From positions 4,224,001-4,288,000 of the forward strand of contig OY970296.1 of the NCBI GenBank assembly GCA_963716175.1: 64,000 nucleotides of DNA, read 5' to 3'. Positions 1-9,687 of the stretch are shown in pieces (the stretch's first letter is position 1; every line of letters starts with the position of its first letter). A program made the translations under genes and the position numbers. The DNA comes from an uncultured Armatimonadetes bacterium. GTDB lineage: Bacteria > Armatimonadota > Hebobacteria > Hebobacterales > Hebobacteraceae. The notes under the pieces are model-generated. The model worked only from the letters and a program-made list of their open reading frames with translations. It ran no database searches and had not been told where the DNA came from.

Positions 1-45
1 CTCATGATCTTTGCGAAGCTCTTCCACTGCCAACGCAGGTGTCAT
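1..45 (-). CDS. 5' end of a gene running off the window, possibly hemerythrin-domain
   Basis: ATG at 45 with GGAGA upstream. Reads MTPALAVEELRKDHE; LxxDH resembles hemerythrin N-termini. Only 15 codons are visible. Confidence 0.35.
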   Translation of the reverse strand, partial: MTPALAVEELRKDHE

Positions 46-95
46 GGCACTTATCTCCGTCGAGCTGGCGATGAGCATATCAGCCGGAGGCCGCG

Positions 96-111
96 TGTGA
101 CGGTCCTCACG
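96..111. promoter_or_regulatory. Crp/Fnr-family-like binding site
   Basis: TGTGA-CGGTCC-TCACG matches TGTGA-N6-TCACA at 9 of 10 positions, about 50 bp upstream of the ATG at 45. Confidence 0.35.
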
Positions 112-235
112 GGCCTATGCTTCACAGGGCCGCTGCCAGCCTGGCCCGCGGCCTGCTTCGCCAGCACGGCGGGTTCCCATTCGCGGGTCTTGTTACAACC
201 GCGACGCAATCTCCCGGGGCCCGGGCACAACGGGC

Positions 236-2038
236 CTATGGCGCACTCTCTGCCCGGCCCTGCGCCTTCAGCCAGTCGTCGAGGCTGGTCTCCTCGCTGA
301 CCATGGTGACCCCTTCTTCCCGTGCCACCTGCGCGAAGCGGGCCACCAGCCTGGGGTCGGCCTTGGCACCCGCCAAGGCAATCTGGGTGTAGATCAGCGG
401 CAGCCGCGCCACTTGCACACGATGCCGTATTTCGGGGTCGTCCTGGACGGCCCGCTCGGCCTGGTCGAAGAGCTCGACCGATCGGCGGATCACCTCCGGG
501 GTGAGGTAGCCGACATCGGGACCGGAGTAGATCCCCACGTGAAGATCCGGCTTGTCTCGCACTTGCTTGTGGATCAGGTTGATGTACTCGCGTATGGGCT
601 TGGCTGCTGCTCCGTAGTAGCCGGCCAGGAACTCGTCTATGGCCTTGTCGGTATCGTACTGCGGATCCCAGAGTGTCTTCGCCATCAGGTAACTGCGCAG
701 CTCCGCGAACTCCCCGCCCTTGGAGTAGTAGTTGGCTTCCTCGTAGATGCCGGTGACGCCGTTGCGGAGGAAGAAGTTGATATTCGGTTTGAGCACGTAC
801 AGGTTCGGGAAGGGCATGATGCTGTGCGAGTAGTTGATGACGTAGTCCCAGATCCAGAGCCGGCTGGAGATCTTCGACCACTCCTCGATGTCCTTGCGGA
901 ACGACTCATTATAGGGATCACTCTCCAGCGGATGGGCGAAGCAGCACTCGATGCTGCACAGCCGCACTACCACACTGGGACGGGGTCGGACTTCCTTCGG
1001 CGGCTTCCGGCTGTAGGTGTAGGCCAGCGTGTCTATCACCTTGTCGGGGTACTCGGCCCTGATGCTGTCGGCGATGGCGTTGACGAAGTGCAGCAGAGGG
1101 CCGCTCTGGCCACCTTCCTTCTCCGCCAGTGCCTGGCAGCTCGCGCACTGGCAGTAGTTGTCCCAGTCATTTTGGGACACCGAGAAGATAACGGCCTCGG
1201 GCGCCTCGCGGATCCACCGGCGAATCGTGTCCGTGGCGATCCGCAGCACATCCGGGTTGGTGAGGCAGAGCTGCGTGTGCTCGGGCCCGAACCGCTTCCC
1301 CTCGATCTCCGAGTAGTACTCGGGGTGGCTGGCGAAGTACTTCTCGGGCGGCACCAGCTCGTCGAAGGTGTGGACGAAACCGCGATAGCTGATCTTCCCG
1401 CCGCGCTCCTCGTCCAGGAGGGTCATCTCTCCGTTCATCTTGTTGCGAACAGCCCAGTCAGCATCGCGGGAGTTGGGATAGTCAGTGGCGCGATACTCCA
1501 GGGGCGGGAGATAGCGCCGATCTATGGCGGATATCTCGAAATTCCCCTGTCTGGGCAGCACGGTGCAGTCGGGCGCGAACCAGCGGCAGTTCAGGTAGTC
1601 CTCCAGGAAGGTATAGCAGGCGTAGAGGACGCCGCGCTTGTTACCGGCGAGAACCAGAGCTGGCCCGGCGGTCTCGATCACGATCCCGTCGGCGCCCAGG
1701 GACGTAAAGTCCACCGCGATGCCGAGACGCTCGAGCAGTGCGCTCTTGCCGACGATGATCGGCGTCCTGGCGCCAACCTCCCGGTCGTGGACCAGGGCAA
1801 TCTCCTCCCCGATGATCGCGGTCAGGTGACGCTGCAGATCCCTGGCTGCGTGCTTCTCCTGAGGGGTAGGATGGTCGGGGATGACGATGGCGTGAGTTCG
1901 CGCGCTGACCCTCTTCCCCCCGATCGTGACTACGCACTCACCCCGTGACAACGAGGGTCCACCGGCGGCAGTCATAGGCCGACCTCCCTTGGCTGAGAGT
2001 CCCACGGCAAGAAGCAGGACCAACCAGATCATATCCAT
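236..2038 (-). CDS. Secreted DUF4838-domain protein with GH67/GH20-like N-terminal domain
   Basis: Signal peptide. Motifs GVLYACYTFLE..CRWF, HTF..LVPPEKYF..HPEYY, QLCLTNP, SQND..CQC..C, TLAY, LWIWDY and YLMAKTLWDP are typical of DUF4838 proteins. Confidence 0.8.
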   Translation of the reverse strand: MDMIWLVLLLAVGLSAKGGRPMTAAGGPSLSRGECVVTIGGKRVSARTHAIVIPDHPTPQEKHAARDLQRHLTAIIGEEIALVHDREVGARTPIIVGKSALLERLGIAVDFTSLGADGIVIETAGPALVLAGNKRGVLYACYTFLEDYLNCRWFAPDCTVLPRQGNFEISAIDRRYLPPLEYRATDYPNSRDADWAVRNKMNGEMTLLDEERGGKISYRGFVHTFDELVPPEKYFASHPEYYSEIEGKRFGPEHTQLCLTNPDVLRIATDTIRRWIREAPEAVIFSVSQNDWDNYCQCASCQALAEKEGGQSGPLLHFVNAIADSIRAEYPDKVIDTLAYTYSRKPPKEVRPRPSVVVRLCSIECCFAHPLESDPYNESFRKDIEEWSKISSRLWIWDYVINYSHSIMPFPNLYVLKPNINFFLRNGVTGIYEEANYYSKGGEFAELRSYLMAKTLWDPQYDTDKAIDEFLAGYYGAAAKPIREYINLIHKQVRDKPDLHVGIYSGPDVGYLTPEVIRRSVELFDQAERAVQDDPEIRHRVQVARLPLIYTQIALAGAKADPRLVARFAQVAREEGVTMVSEETSLDDWLKAQGRAESAP

Positions 2039-2179
2039 CTCCAGACGAGACTCGACGCGAGCTACTCCAGATGCTAGCCCCCAGCATGGCCCCTGTCAAT
2101 GCGAGGAGTCGGAGACGGGCAGCGCGGCAGCGGGCAGGGGGGAAGCAGCCCAGGCCTGGCTGACCTGCGCCACATGCGG

Positions 2180-3622
2180 TCAGTGGTCGCAACAGAAGGG
2201 TATGTCGTAGCGCTGCTGCGGGTCGGGCGGCTGCTCCTGCAAGAGGCCCTGGAACTCCTCGCCCGAGCGCGGGCGGCCCCCGTCGTCCTTCATGTCGGGG
2301 CCCACGCTGTAGACGACGAAGCCAGCGCCTTGCCGGCGGTAATGGTAAGGCTGCTGGTCGAAGGGGTCGGCAGGCAGCTCGCCGGAGGCGGCCTCGAGCG
2401 CGGCGAGGGAATCGGGGTAGCGCTCATGCTGAAGGCGGTGGAGCCTGAGGGCGAGCGCGATCTGGGCATCGCCGAGTCGGGCCATGGTCTCCTGCCGGTG
2501 CAGCAGCTCCGGCAGAACGGGTGGGGCGACCCACTTGGTGACCAGGCCCCGATAATCGGGAAGCCGCTCGACCTGCTGATCGGCCTGCCCGGCAAGCCGC
2601 TCTGCCGCGGGCCAGGGCAAGGCCAATGCTCGGCTCGCCTGTGTGGAGTAATCCAAGTAGCTGAGCTCGTCCAGAGTAAGAGTGAGCCCCGGGGCCAGTC
2701 GGGAGAGCAGAGGCGGATGCTGGTGCGGCGGGGGGAGCTCGGCAGGGAGAAGGGACCGCTGGGAATCGAAAGTAGGCAGGCCGTAGATGGCCTGCTCTCC
2801 CTTCATGGCCCAGAGAGACCGAGGGACGAGGTCAACCGCTCCCAACTGATCGGCGAGGCGCCGGCAGCTCGTGCTTCGTAGCGAAGGAGCTCCGCTACTT
2901 CGCAGAGTAGCAGCGGCCGGAGTGACCTGGGAGCCGCGGAGAACGTACCCGATCCCATCCACCGCCGCCTCCTGTAGGCAGTAGCCGATATGCTGGCTGA
3001 TGAGGGCCGGCTCTCTCTGCACGTGGTCGGCGATCCGCAGGGCCGCAGCACAGGAGGCCAGCGCCTGCTCCGGTTTGCCCTGCGTCGTGAGGACGACGGC
3101 GCGGGCTCGCAGCATCAAGCCGGCCCAGAGCAGGCCCGGGAGCTGAGGCAGGCTGGTCATATGTCCCCGATGCCAGCCGACGCGGAACGCGCAATCCGGG
3201 ATGGCGGAGGCCTTGTCCAGGAGTTGGAAATAGGTGGTGTTCCTGGCCACGGCGGCCCGCGCCACCGCCAGCTCCCGAGCATTCCACTCTTGCGGGGGCT
3301 TCGGCGAGTTCCACCAGAGGAAATCGCCCTCGCCCAGTAGCAGGGCCCCCTGATCGCGAGAGAGGACCAGCGCGCCGAACGCGCGCTGGTAGATGTCAGC
3401 AGCGTTCGCCACCCCTGAAGGCAGCCGCGGGATGAGCCCTTCAACGGAGGGCAGCTCGCCCGCCTGGCGGCGATCCGCAAGCTCCCGCTCGAGCCGGCGG
3501 TCGGCAGCGCTCGAGACGAGGTAATGGCCCAGGAGGAGAAGGAACAGGGTCAGCCAGAAAGCGCGCCAGATCCAGCCCAGGGTACGAATGGCTCTGCCTG
3601 GCCTGTCGGCGATCTCGGCCAC
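2180..3622 (-). CDS. Membrane-anchored hypothetical protein with pseudopilin/GspG-like C-terminal motif
   Basis: N-terminal TM helix; C-terminal IALALRLHR..YPDSLAAL..DPFD..YHY..YSVGPD.KDDGG. Confidence 0.7.
   Translation of the reverse strand: MAEIADRPGRAIRTLGWIWRAFWLTLFLLLLGHYLVSSAADRRLERELADRRQAGELPSVEGLIPRLPSGVANAADIYQRAFGALVLSRDQGALLLGEGDFLWWNSPKPPQEWNARELAVARAAVARNTTYFQLLDKASAIPDCAFRVGWHRGHMTSLPQLPGLLWAGLMLRARAVVLTTQGKPEQALASCAAALRIADHVQREPALISQHIGYCLQEAAVDGIGYVLRGSQVTPAAATLRSSGAPSLRSTSCRRLADQLGAVDLVPRSLWAMKGEQAIYGLPTFDSQRSLLPAELPPPHQHPPLLSRLAPGLTLTLDELSYLDYSTQASRALALPWPAAERLAGQADQQVERLPDYRGLVTKWVAPPVLPELLHRQETMARLGDAQIALALRLHRLQHERYPDSLAALEAASGELPADPFDQQPYHYRRQGAGFVVYSVGPDMKDDGGRPRSGEEFQGLLQEQPPDPQQRYDIPFCCDH
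2867..2911. repeat. Palindromic repeat copy 1, inserted in-frame in a CDS
   Basis: CTCGTGCTTCGTAGCGAAG-gagctccg-CTACTTCGCAGAGTAG; near-identical to the intergenic copies at 29372 and 53521. Confidence 0.85.
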
Positions 3623-3739
3623 CCTCTGGCCTCCTCCCCAGCGTCCTCCAGCAGCATCTTCGGCTGCCGCCCGCCGCAGCGGCTTCCTGTCGTCAGCCTC
3701 CGCAGATGGCGCCAGCAGGCCCGGAACGGGGAGCTTTGG

Positions 3740-6067
3740 TCATCGTGATCCGGCCGGGCCGCGGAACACGTTGCCGCCGAAGGTGGTCACGTAGATAACC
3801 CCGGGATCGGTGGGGTCGAACTCGACCCGCTGCGTGTTGGTGAATGGGAAGCTGTCGAGCGCCTGCCAGGTATCGCCGCCATCGCTGCTCAGCCACAGCG
3901 ATGGCCCGGGGGCGCCCTCGGTAAGAGTCATGTAGACCCAACCCGGCCGCCTGGGGTCGAAGTAGGCGCCGAAGTGCTCCGGACCTTTTCGCGCCACGCG
4001 CCGCCAGCTCTTACCGCCATCGGTGGTGCGATAGAGGCCGCCTTGCTCCTGCCTGCCGGCGTCGGCGGCGCCGACGAAGATCACCTCGCTAGACTCAGGA
4101 TGGACCGCGAAATCCTTCGGCCAGAGCAGCCGGACAGAGGTCGTGATGCACTGCCAGCTTTCGCCGCCATCGCGGGAGCGATAGAGCCCAGCGCCCTGCG
4201 TGAGGAAGGTACGGTCCTTCCGCTTGGCCGTGATCAGGGCAAAGAGCGTGCCATCGTGGTGCAGGAGGAGACGGTAGACTCGCATGTTCTCGGGCGCGCC
4301 CAGGCCCTTGCTCTTCTTCACCCAGGTCCTGCCGTCATCGTCGGACCTGAAAACACCCTCATCGAAGATCGAAACGTAGAGAGTGCGTCTTCCCTGCGGA
4401 CTCCCGGGGTCCAACACGATCGAGGTGGCGGGGGCCGGCGGCAGTCCCCGGCCGAATGGGGGCCAGCTCTCGCCGAAATCCCTGGAGAGGCAGACGCCAC
4501 CGGGGCCTTTGGAACCGTGGCGGCCAGAGATGATGTTGTCATTGGGGATGTCATGCACGTCGGAGAACGCGCCCCAGATCTTGCCCGGGATGGCCGGGTC
4601 GAAGGCGAGCTCATAGCAGGTATTGCGCCACGGCGCCCACTGGTCCTCGGTCCACCAGATCCAGGTCTTCCCCGCGTCCAGGGAACGCGCGAAGCCGAGG
4701 TCGGTGTAGGCGATGTAGTGGCGATTGGGCTGGAACGGATCAACGTAGTAATGCCAAGTGGTGGTGATGTCGAGGCCGTTGGAGAGCCACTCGCAGCCAG
4801 GACCAGGCCGCTGGCCGGGCGCGAGGAGGGTGTTGGCGCAGAACCAGGATTTGCCCCCGTCGTGTGTGGCGTAGACGAAATTGCCCACATTCAGCACCCG
4901 CTCGGGGTCGGAGTCGGCTACCGCCGTGCCCCACGGGGCCGCGGGCTCGGCCCGGCCAGTCGAGACGGTGAACCAGTCGGGAGTGACGTTGCACTCCTTG
5001 CCCCGGGGGTCGAGGAAGAAAGTCGCGCGCCAGTGGTCCCCGCCGTCGTCGCTGCGATAGACCGTGGCGAAGTGCGGCGGCCAGAAGCCGGTGCTGCTGT
5101 TGAACGCGTAGACCGTGAGCGGTTTGGTGTTCGTGGTGAGCACGTGGCGGTACTGGGCGATGGGACCGTCGGCCCACTGGCCGTAGGATTGAGTCTCCCT
5201 GTTGATCCCGTCCCCCATCGCCGACTCCCAGTGCTCGCCGCGGTCCCGGGAGCGAAAGATGCCACCCGCGAACTGCCGGTTCACGCTCTCGCTGGGTATC
5301 GCGCAGTACAGCATGACGGCTCCGCTGGCGGTGTCGGCGCCTCCCGCGAAGGACCGGACACCCATCCCAGGGAGGCCGTCGGTCCGCTTCGCCCAGGCCT
5401 TGCCGCGATTATCGGAGCGCCAGATTCCGTCGGCGGTGGCGGCGAACATCACCCGCGCCTGGGGCGGGCTGGTGCGGTCTATGAAGAAGCCGACGGCTTC
5501 GCCGGTTGGCCCATCGCACTGCTCCCAATGGTTTCCCGCGTCGCGGGAGATCCAGACCCGATCCCCGGCCCCGGTCAGCATCAAGGAGGGATCGTCAGGG
5601 TCGAGGGCGATCTGCCCGGTAGGTGTGTCGGGGAGATCGCCGATGGCCGTCCAATGCAGGCCGCGGTCGCGGCTCACCTTCAGTTTCCCAGACCCGCCGT
5701 CGGAGGCGTAGATGACGTTGGCGTCCTTGGGGTGGAAGCCGGGGCGGCAACGCGTGTTGCCCTGCAACTGCTCGTGATGGATCATGCGCCAGTGATGGCC
5801 GCCGTCCTCGGAGATGTAGGCGCCGGACATGTCGCAGCTCAGCAGCATCAGATCGGGGTCTATCGGGCTGATGGCGGGGGCGAACATGCCGCCGCCCCCT
5901 GACAGGCCGATCCCTTGCCACTGATGGCTCGGGACGGCGGTGCTCACGCTCGCCGCCCTTCCGCCTGCCCGGCAGCTTGGCGCGAGCGCGGCCAGCGGGA
6001 TCAGCGCCAGGAGCAAGAGGGCGGTTTTCTTCAATTCGGTGGGCGAGCAGACGGAAGCTGGAGACAT
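3740..6067 (-). CDS. Secreted BNR/Asp-box beta-propeller protein (GH74/VPS10-like glycosyl hydrolase)
   Basis: More than 10 SxDxGxxW repeats; GGGGMFAPAISP..D...SCDMSG resembles the GH74 N-terminus. Start moved to ATG 6067, just before the hydrophobic signal peptide. Confidence 0.8.
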   Translation of the reverse strand: MSPASVCSPTELKKTALLLLALIPLAALAPSCRAGGRAASVSTAVPSHQWQGIGLSGGGGMFAPAISPIDPDLMLLSCDMSGAYISEDGGHHWRMIHHEQLQGNTRCRPGFHPKDANVIYASDGGSGKLKVSRDRGLHWTAIGDLPDTPTGQIALDPDDPSLMLTGAGDRVWISRDAGNHWEQCDGPTGEAVGFFIDRTSPPQARVMFAATADGIWRSDNRGKAWAKRTDGLPGMGVRSFAGGADTASGAVMLYCAIPSESVNRQFAGGIFRSRDRGEHWESAMGDGINRETQSYGQWADGPIAQYRHVLTTNTKPLTVYAFNSSTGFWPPHFATVYRSDDGGDHWRATFFLDPRGKECNVTPDWFTVSTGRAEPAAPWGTAVADSDPERVLNVGNFVYATHDGGKSWFCANTLLAPGQRPGPGCEWLSNGLDITTTWHYYVDPFQPNRHYIAYTDLGFARSLDAGKTWIWWTEDQWAPWRNTCYELAFDPAIPGKIWGAFSDVHDIPNDNIISGRHGSKGPGGVCLSRDFGESWPPFGRGLPPAPATSIVLDPGSPQGRRTLYVSIFDEGVFRSDDDGRTWVKKSKGLGAPENMRVYRLLLHHDGTLFALITAKRKDRTFLTQGAGLYRSRDGGESWQCITTSVRLLWPKDFAVHPESSEVIFVGAADAGRQEQGGLYRTTDGGKSWRRVARKGPEHFGAYFDPRRPGWVYMTLTEGAPGPSLWLSSDGGDTWQALDSFPFTNTQRVEFDPTDPGVIYVTTFGGNVFRGPAGSR

Positions 6068-6069
6068 GG

Positions 6070-8010
6070 CTAGTTGACCGTGACCATCATACCCACCTTG
6101 GTGAACCACCCGACGATCTGCCAGAGCACCGCGCCCAGCACGTCGCCCATGATCACCCCGAGGAACAGGGGCCGGAACTGCACGTAGCCGCGCAACCCAG
6201 TGTAGCGGATGGTGAGCAGCTTGAACAGCCACCCCAGGAAGAGCGAGAACCAGAGGTTGAGGCTGGCCCAGGAGGTGGCCATGACGAAGCCCAGCGGATG
6301 GATGGGCCACCAGACGAAGTTGATCCTCAGCCAGGCGAGGATGGACACGATGACCACACCGGCGGCGGTGGCCACGTAGCGCAAGAGGGCGGGCTGCTCA
6401 GGGGCCTGCAGACGCCCGGCGAGCTGGGAGAAGTAATCCTGCGTGAACATGATCTCGTTCACATTCCCCACCTGGACCGCGCCCGGGAGGTAGAAGGTAA
6501 GCAGGAAGGCCGGCACGGCGACGATCAGCACGAAGAACAGGGATAACGCCATCACCGGGGTGAGCCTGCGATTCGAGACCCCGGACAGCTCAGACATGCG
6601 AAACGCATTCAGCACCGAGGGCATGAGGAACTCGCGCAGGTCGAAGGTCAAGCTGGTATCTACGAAGGTGAGCGTGGTGAGATTGCTCGGACCCAGCGCG
6701 CTCGGTGCCGCCGAAGAGGAGCAGATAATCCACCGGCTTGAAGCTGAGCTGGATCATCAGCATTCCGGCTTCTGCGACGATGCGAGTGAGCACCAGGCAA
6801 ATGCCGACGAAGAAGACCACGAAGAGCGCGATGAACTGCGGCGTCATGCCTGCGGCGCCAAGCCAGAGTACCTGCACGATGAGGCTCGCGATAAGCCCAA
6901 GCGCGGCGAAGCGATAGCTCAAGGGCTCGGCCGAATCGTCAACGCCCGGGGCGCGGCCCAACGCTTTCCTGAAGGCATCGGCCAGCGTGCCGCGCAGCAA
7001 CCAGAAGAGCATCGCCGCGATCGCCAACAGCCCTCCCATCTGCTCGCTGTCGCTGATCTGTGCGATGACCCCGCCCCAGGCGCTGCCGCCTTCGTAGCCC
7101 AACAGGCTGAGGATGACGCCCTGGGCTTTGATGAACAGGACAGAGCACCAGAACCCGGCTGCCACCTCCAGGGGCAAGAGATAGCCGAACCCGATGGCCG
7201 AGAAGAAGAAGGCAATGTAGATGGGGGCCATCGTGCCCCAGGGGCGATCCGGGAGATACTGATCGAGGGTGATGAAGGTCGGGATCTGGGGCAACGCCGG
7301 GAAGTTGCGATGCAGCCCGTTGATGATGTGCACCAGGAAGACGAAGCCGGCGCCGATCCACACCAACCGGTTGGCGAAGAAGGAAGCAGAGGGACCCCGG
7401 TCGTCACCCCGCAGCACCTCGAGGGGGAACTGCACCAGGGGAAAGGCGAGGCGCTCGCGATCGGCCCACTGCTTGCGCACCAGCGCGGCGAGGCAGGTCA
7501 TCATCAGCCAGAGCGCGAACACGAAGATCATCCAGTGCGAGAGGGTGTAGAGCCACACGCCCCAGGGCATGCGCGAGCCCGCCGGCAGCCCCTCCCAGAA
7601 CCAGTTCACCGCCTCCTTGTCGCTCACCCCGAGCCAGGGGGGACGTAGTTCCAGAAAAGCTTCTGCCATTGGTTGCCGGGGGTGGCCAGATAGAACCCCA
7701 TGGTGCAAGTCGGTATCAGGTAGCGGAGCAGGCCAAATGACGGAATCCCGGCGGTCACCATGATGATGATGTAGATGACGGCCAGCTCGCGGAGGTGGAA
7801 GAGGCCACGGCCCCACCACCGATGCACGAGCAGGTTGATGAGAGAAAGCAGCAGCAGCACCGCCACCGCGCCGATGGGGAAGTGGTTGCCGGCGATGTAG
7901 GTGTTGCCGATGACGTAGTCGTTATAGGGGGTGATGACCGCGAGGCCCGCAGCGAGCACCAGGCCGAGCAGAACGCTGCGCGCAGTGATGCCCCTCTCAG
8001 CTCTTCCCAT
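6070..8010 (-). CDS. DUF6785/DUF6784-like polytopic membrane protein (putative transporter), split by two frameshifts
   Basis: Three consecutive ORFs (7624-8010, 6590-7819, 6070-6651) join into one multi-TM protein with RKQW..ERLAFPL, RIVAEAG, WWPIHPLGF and PLFLGVIMGD. Shifts at the G6 run 7637-7642 and at about 6700. Confidence 0.75.
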
Positions 8011-8151
8011 CCACCAAGGTCCTTCGGCGATTATGGCAGCGAAATCACGATGGGATTCTTCCTGCCCCGGGACGGGGAACCTCTAAGGAGGCCCGGGAGA
8101 GGTGAGAGGAGGACGGAGAGAGCGGGCGGCAAGGCACCGTGGGGGTGTCAG

Positions 8152-9627
8152 CTACTTGAGGTAGCCCAGCGACTTCAGCTGCTGCCGGGTCTCGTCACTC
8201 AGCTTGGCTTCCTCGCTATGGGTCACGAGCACCTTTCCCCCCCAGAGGACTACGGGCCGGGCGCGTTGAGTGGCGGCCCAGGACCTGAACTGCCGGTTAA
8301 GCTGCTTGACCATGTCGCGTCTCTCGCCCGCGATGTTGGCTTGCTCGCCCAGGCTGGTCTCGTGGTCGTAGAGCTCCACGCGCTGCCCATGGTCTGCGAG
8401 CAGCAAGGTGTAGCGCGGCACCCTGAGCGCGTAGGAGACTTCGCTGGGCTTCTTCTCACCTCCGCTGGCATCGTTGCCGCGAGAGCGGCTCACCGCGAAG
8501 GCCGGAGTCTTCTCCTCCTCCCCTGCCAAGAGCCCGAGGCGGGTGCGGCCTTGCATGGTGTCGGGCGGCGGGATCTGGAGCAGGTCCAGGAGCGTGGGCA
8601 TCAGGTCTGTGAGACAGAAGACGTCCGCCTGTCGCCGCGGCGAGGCGGAGCAGCGCGCGGGCAGATGAATCCCCACGGGGACGTACACCATCTCCCGGTA
8701 GACGGTGGTGGTGTGCCCGTAGACGCCATGTTCGCCGAAGGCCTCGCCGTGATCAGCCAGCACGACGACCACCGATTTGTCGAGCACATCCAGCGCCTCC
8801 AACTCCTGCAGCAGCTTCCCGACGAGGCTGTCCACATAGGCGAGACTGGCATCGTAGCGCAGGGATTGGTCGGGCTGAGACGAGCCCGGGTCGGCGCCGC
8901 CCAGGAACCGCCGCCGGAAATCGGCGGGAGCGTAGTAGGGAGCGTGCGGTTCCAGGAAGTGGACATAAGCGAAGAAGCGCTCGTCGTTGTGCGCCCGAAA
9001 CCAGTCAACGGAAGCACGCAGCACCCTAGCACCATCCACCACGCCAGGGCCGAGGGGAGACCTGGAAGGATGCCGGAACAGCTCGGTGAACGAATCAAAG
9101 CCGCGGCGGAAGCCGAAGGATTCCGAGATCGTCGGGTTCCCCAGAAAGGCGGCTGTCGTATACCCCGCTGCTCTCATGCATTCGGGCAGGGTTGCGCCCT
9201 GCGCGATGAAGGGCCAGGGTAACGAGAGAGCGCCATGCGTGTCCGGGAACTGCGAGGTGAACAGAGATGCCACCGAGGCCTTGGTATTGGGAGCGGCGGA
9301 ATAGGCCTCGGTGAACAAGATACTGCGGTCGAACAGCTTGGCGATGTTGGGCGTGGTGTTAAGCTTGTGGCCAAAGGAGGTGAAGTGATCGGCCCGGGCC
9401 GCGTCCAACAGGATGATGATCAGATTGGCCCCGGCGGCGCCGGCGCGCAGCCGCTGCGCCGCTGGCGACGTCGTGATCTCATCAGGCGAAGGCGTGTGGA
9501 ACTTCGGCCTGTGTAGCGCGCGCGGGTGCGCGACCCACAGACCGGCCGCCAGGATCAGCAGCCCCACCAGCAGGTATCTGGCCCGCAGCACCCGCCGGAC
9601 CCGGTGATGCTTGTCCATCGTCGTCAC
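8152..9627 (-). CDS. Membrane-anchored sulfatase-like (AlkP superfamily) hydrolase/transferase
   Basis: LLDAARADH, HFLEPHAPY, LADHGEAFGEHG..GH and C-terminal LKSLGY; N-terminal TM helix. Confidence 0.85.
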   Translation of the reverse strand: MTTMDKHHRVRRVLRARYLLVGLLILAAGLWVAHPRALHRPKFHTPSPDEITTSPAAQRLRAGAAGANLIIILLDAARADHFTSFGHKLNTTPNIAKLFDRSILFTEAYSAAPNTKASVASLFTSQFPDTHGALSLPWPFIAQGATLPECMRAAGYTTAAFLGNPTISESFGFRRGFDSFTELFRHPSRSPLGPGVVDGARVLRASVDWFRAHNDERFFAYVHFLEPHAPYYAPADFRRRFLGGADPGSSQPDQSLRYDASLAYVDSLVGKLLQELEALDVLDKSVVVVLADHGEAFGEHGVYGHTTTVYREMVYVPVGIHLPARCSASPRRQADVFCLTDLMPTLLDLLQIPPPDTMQGRTRLGLLAGEEEKTPAFAVSRSRGNDASGGEKKPSEVSYALRVPRYTLLLADHGQRVELYDHETSLGEQANIAGERRDMVKQLNRQFRSWAATQRARPVVLWGGKVLVTHSEEAKLSDETRQQLKSLGYLK

Positions 9628-9644
9628 CCCCTCACAGTGTTACG

Positions 9645-9687
9645 GTGGCAGAAGGCTAGCTCCTGCCCGACAGGCCATCCGCCCTAC
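9645..9687. repeat. REP-like palindromes ending in CCGCCCTAC
   Basis: GGCAGAAGGCTAGCTCCTGCC hairpin (compare 24688) followed by CCGCCCTAC, whose CTA is the stop codon of the oxidoreductase gene at 9684-10739. Confidence 0.5.

Noticed and set aside
413-5902. Long plus-strand ORFs (413-1948, 3974-5902)
   Set aside because: Antisense shadows of well-supported minus-strand genes, which is typical of high-GC DNA; no recognisable motifs.
6068-6310. N-terminal 81 aa of the 856-aa ORF
   Set aside because: Overlaps the upstream membrane-protein gene; the signal peptide begins after ATG 6067.
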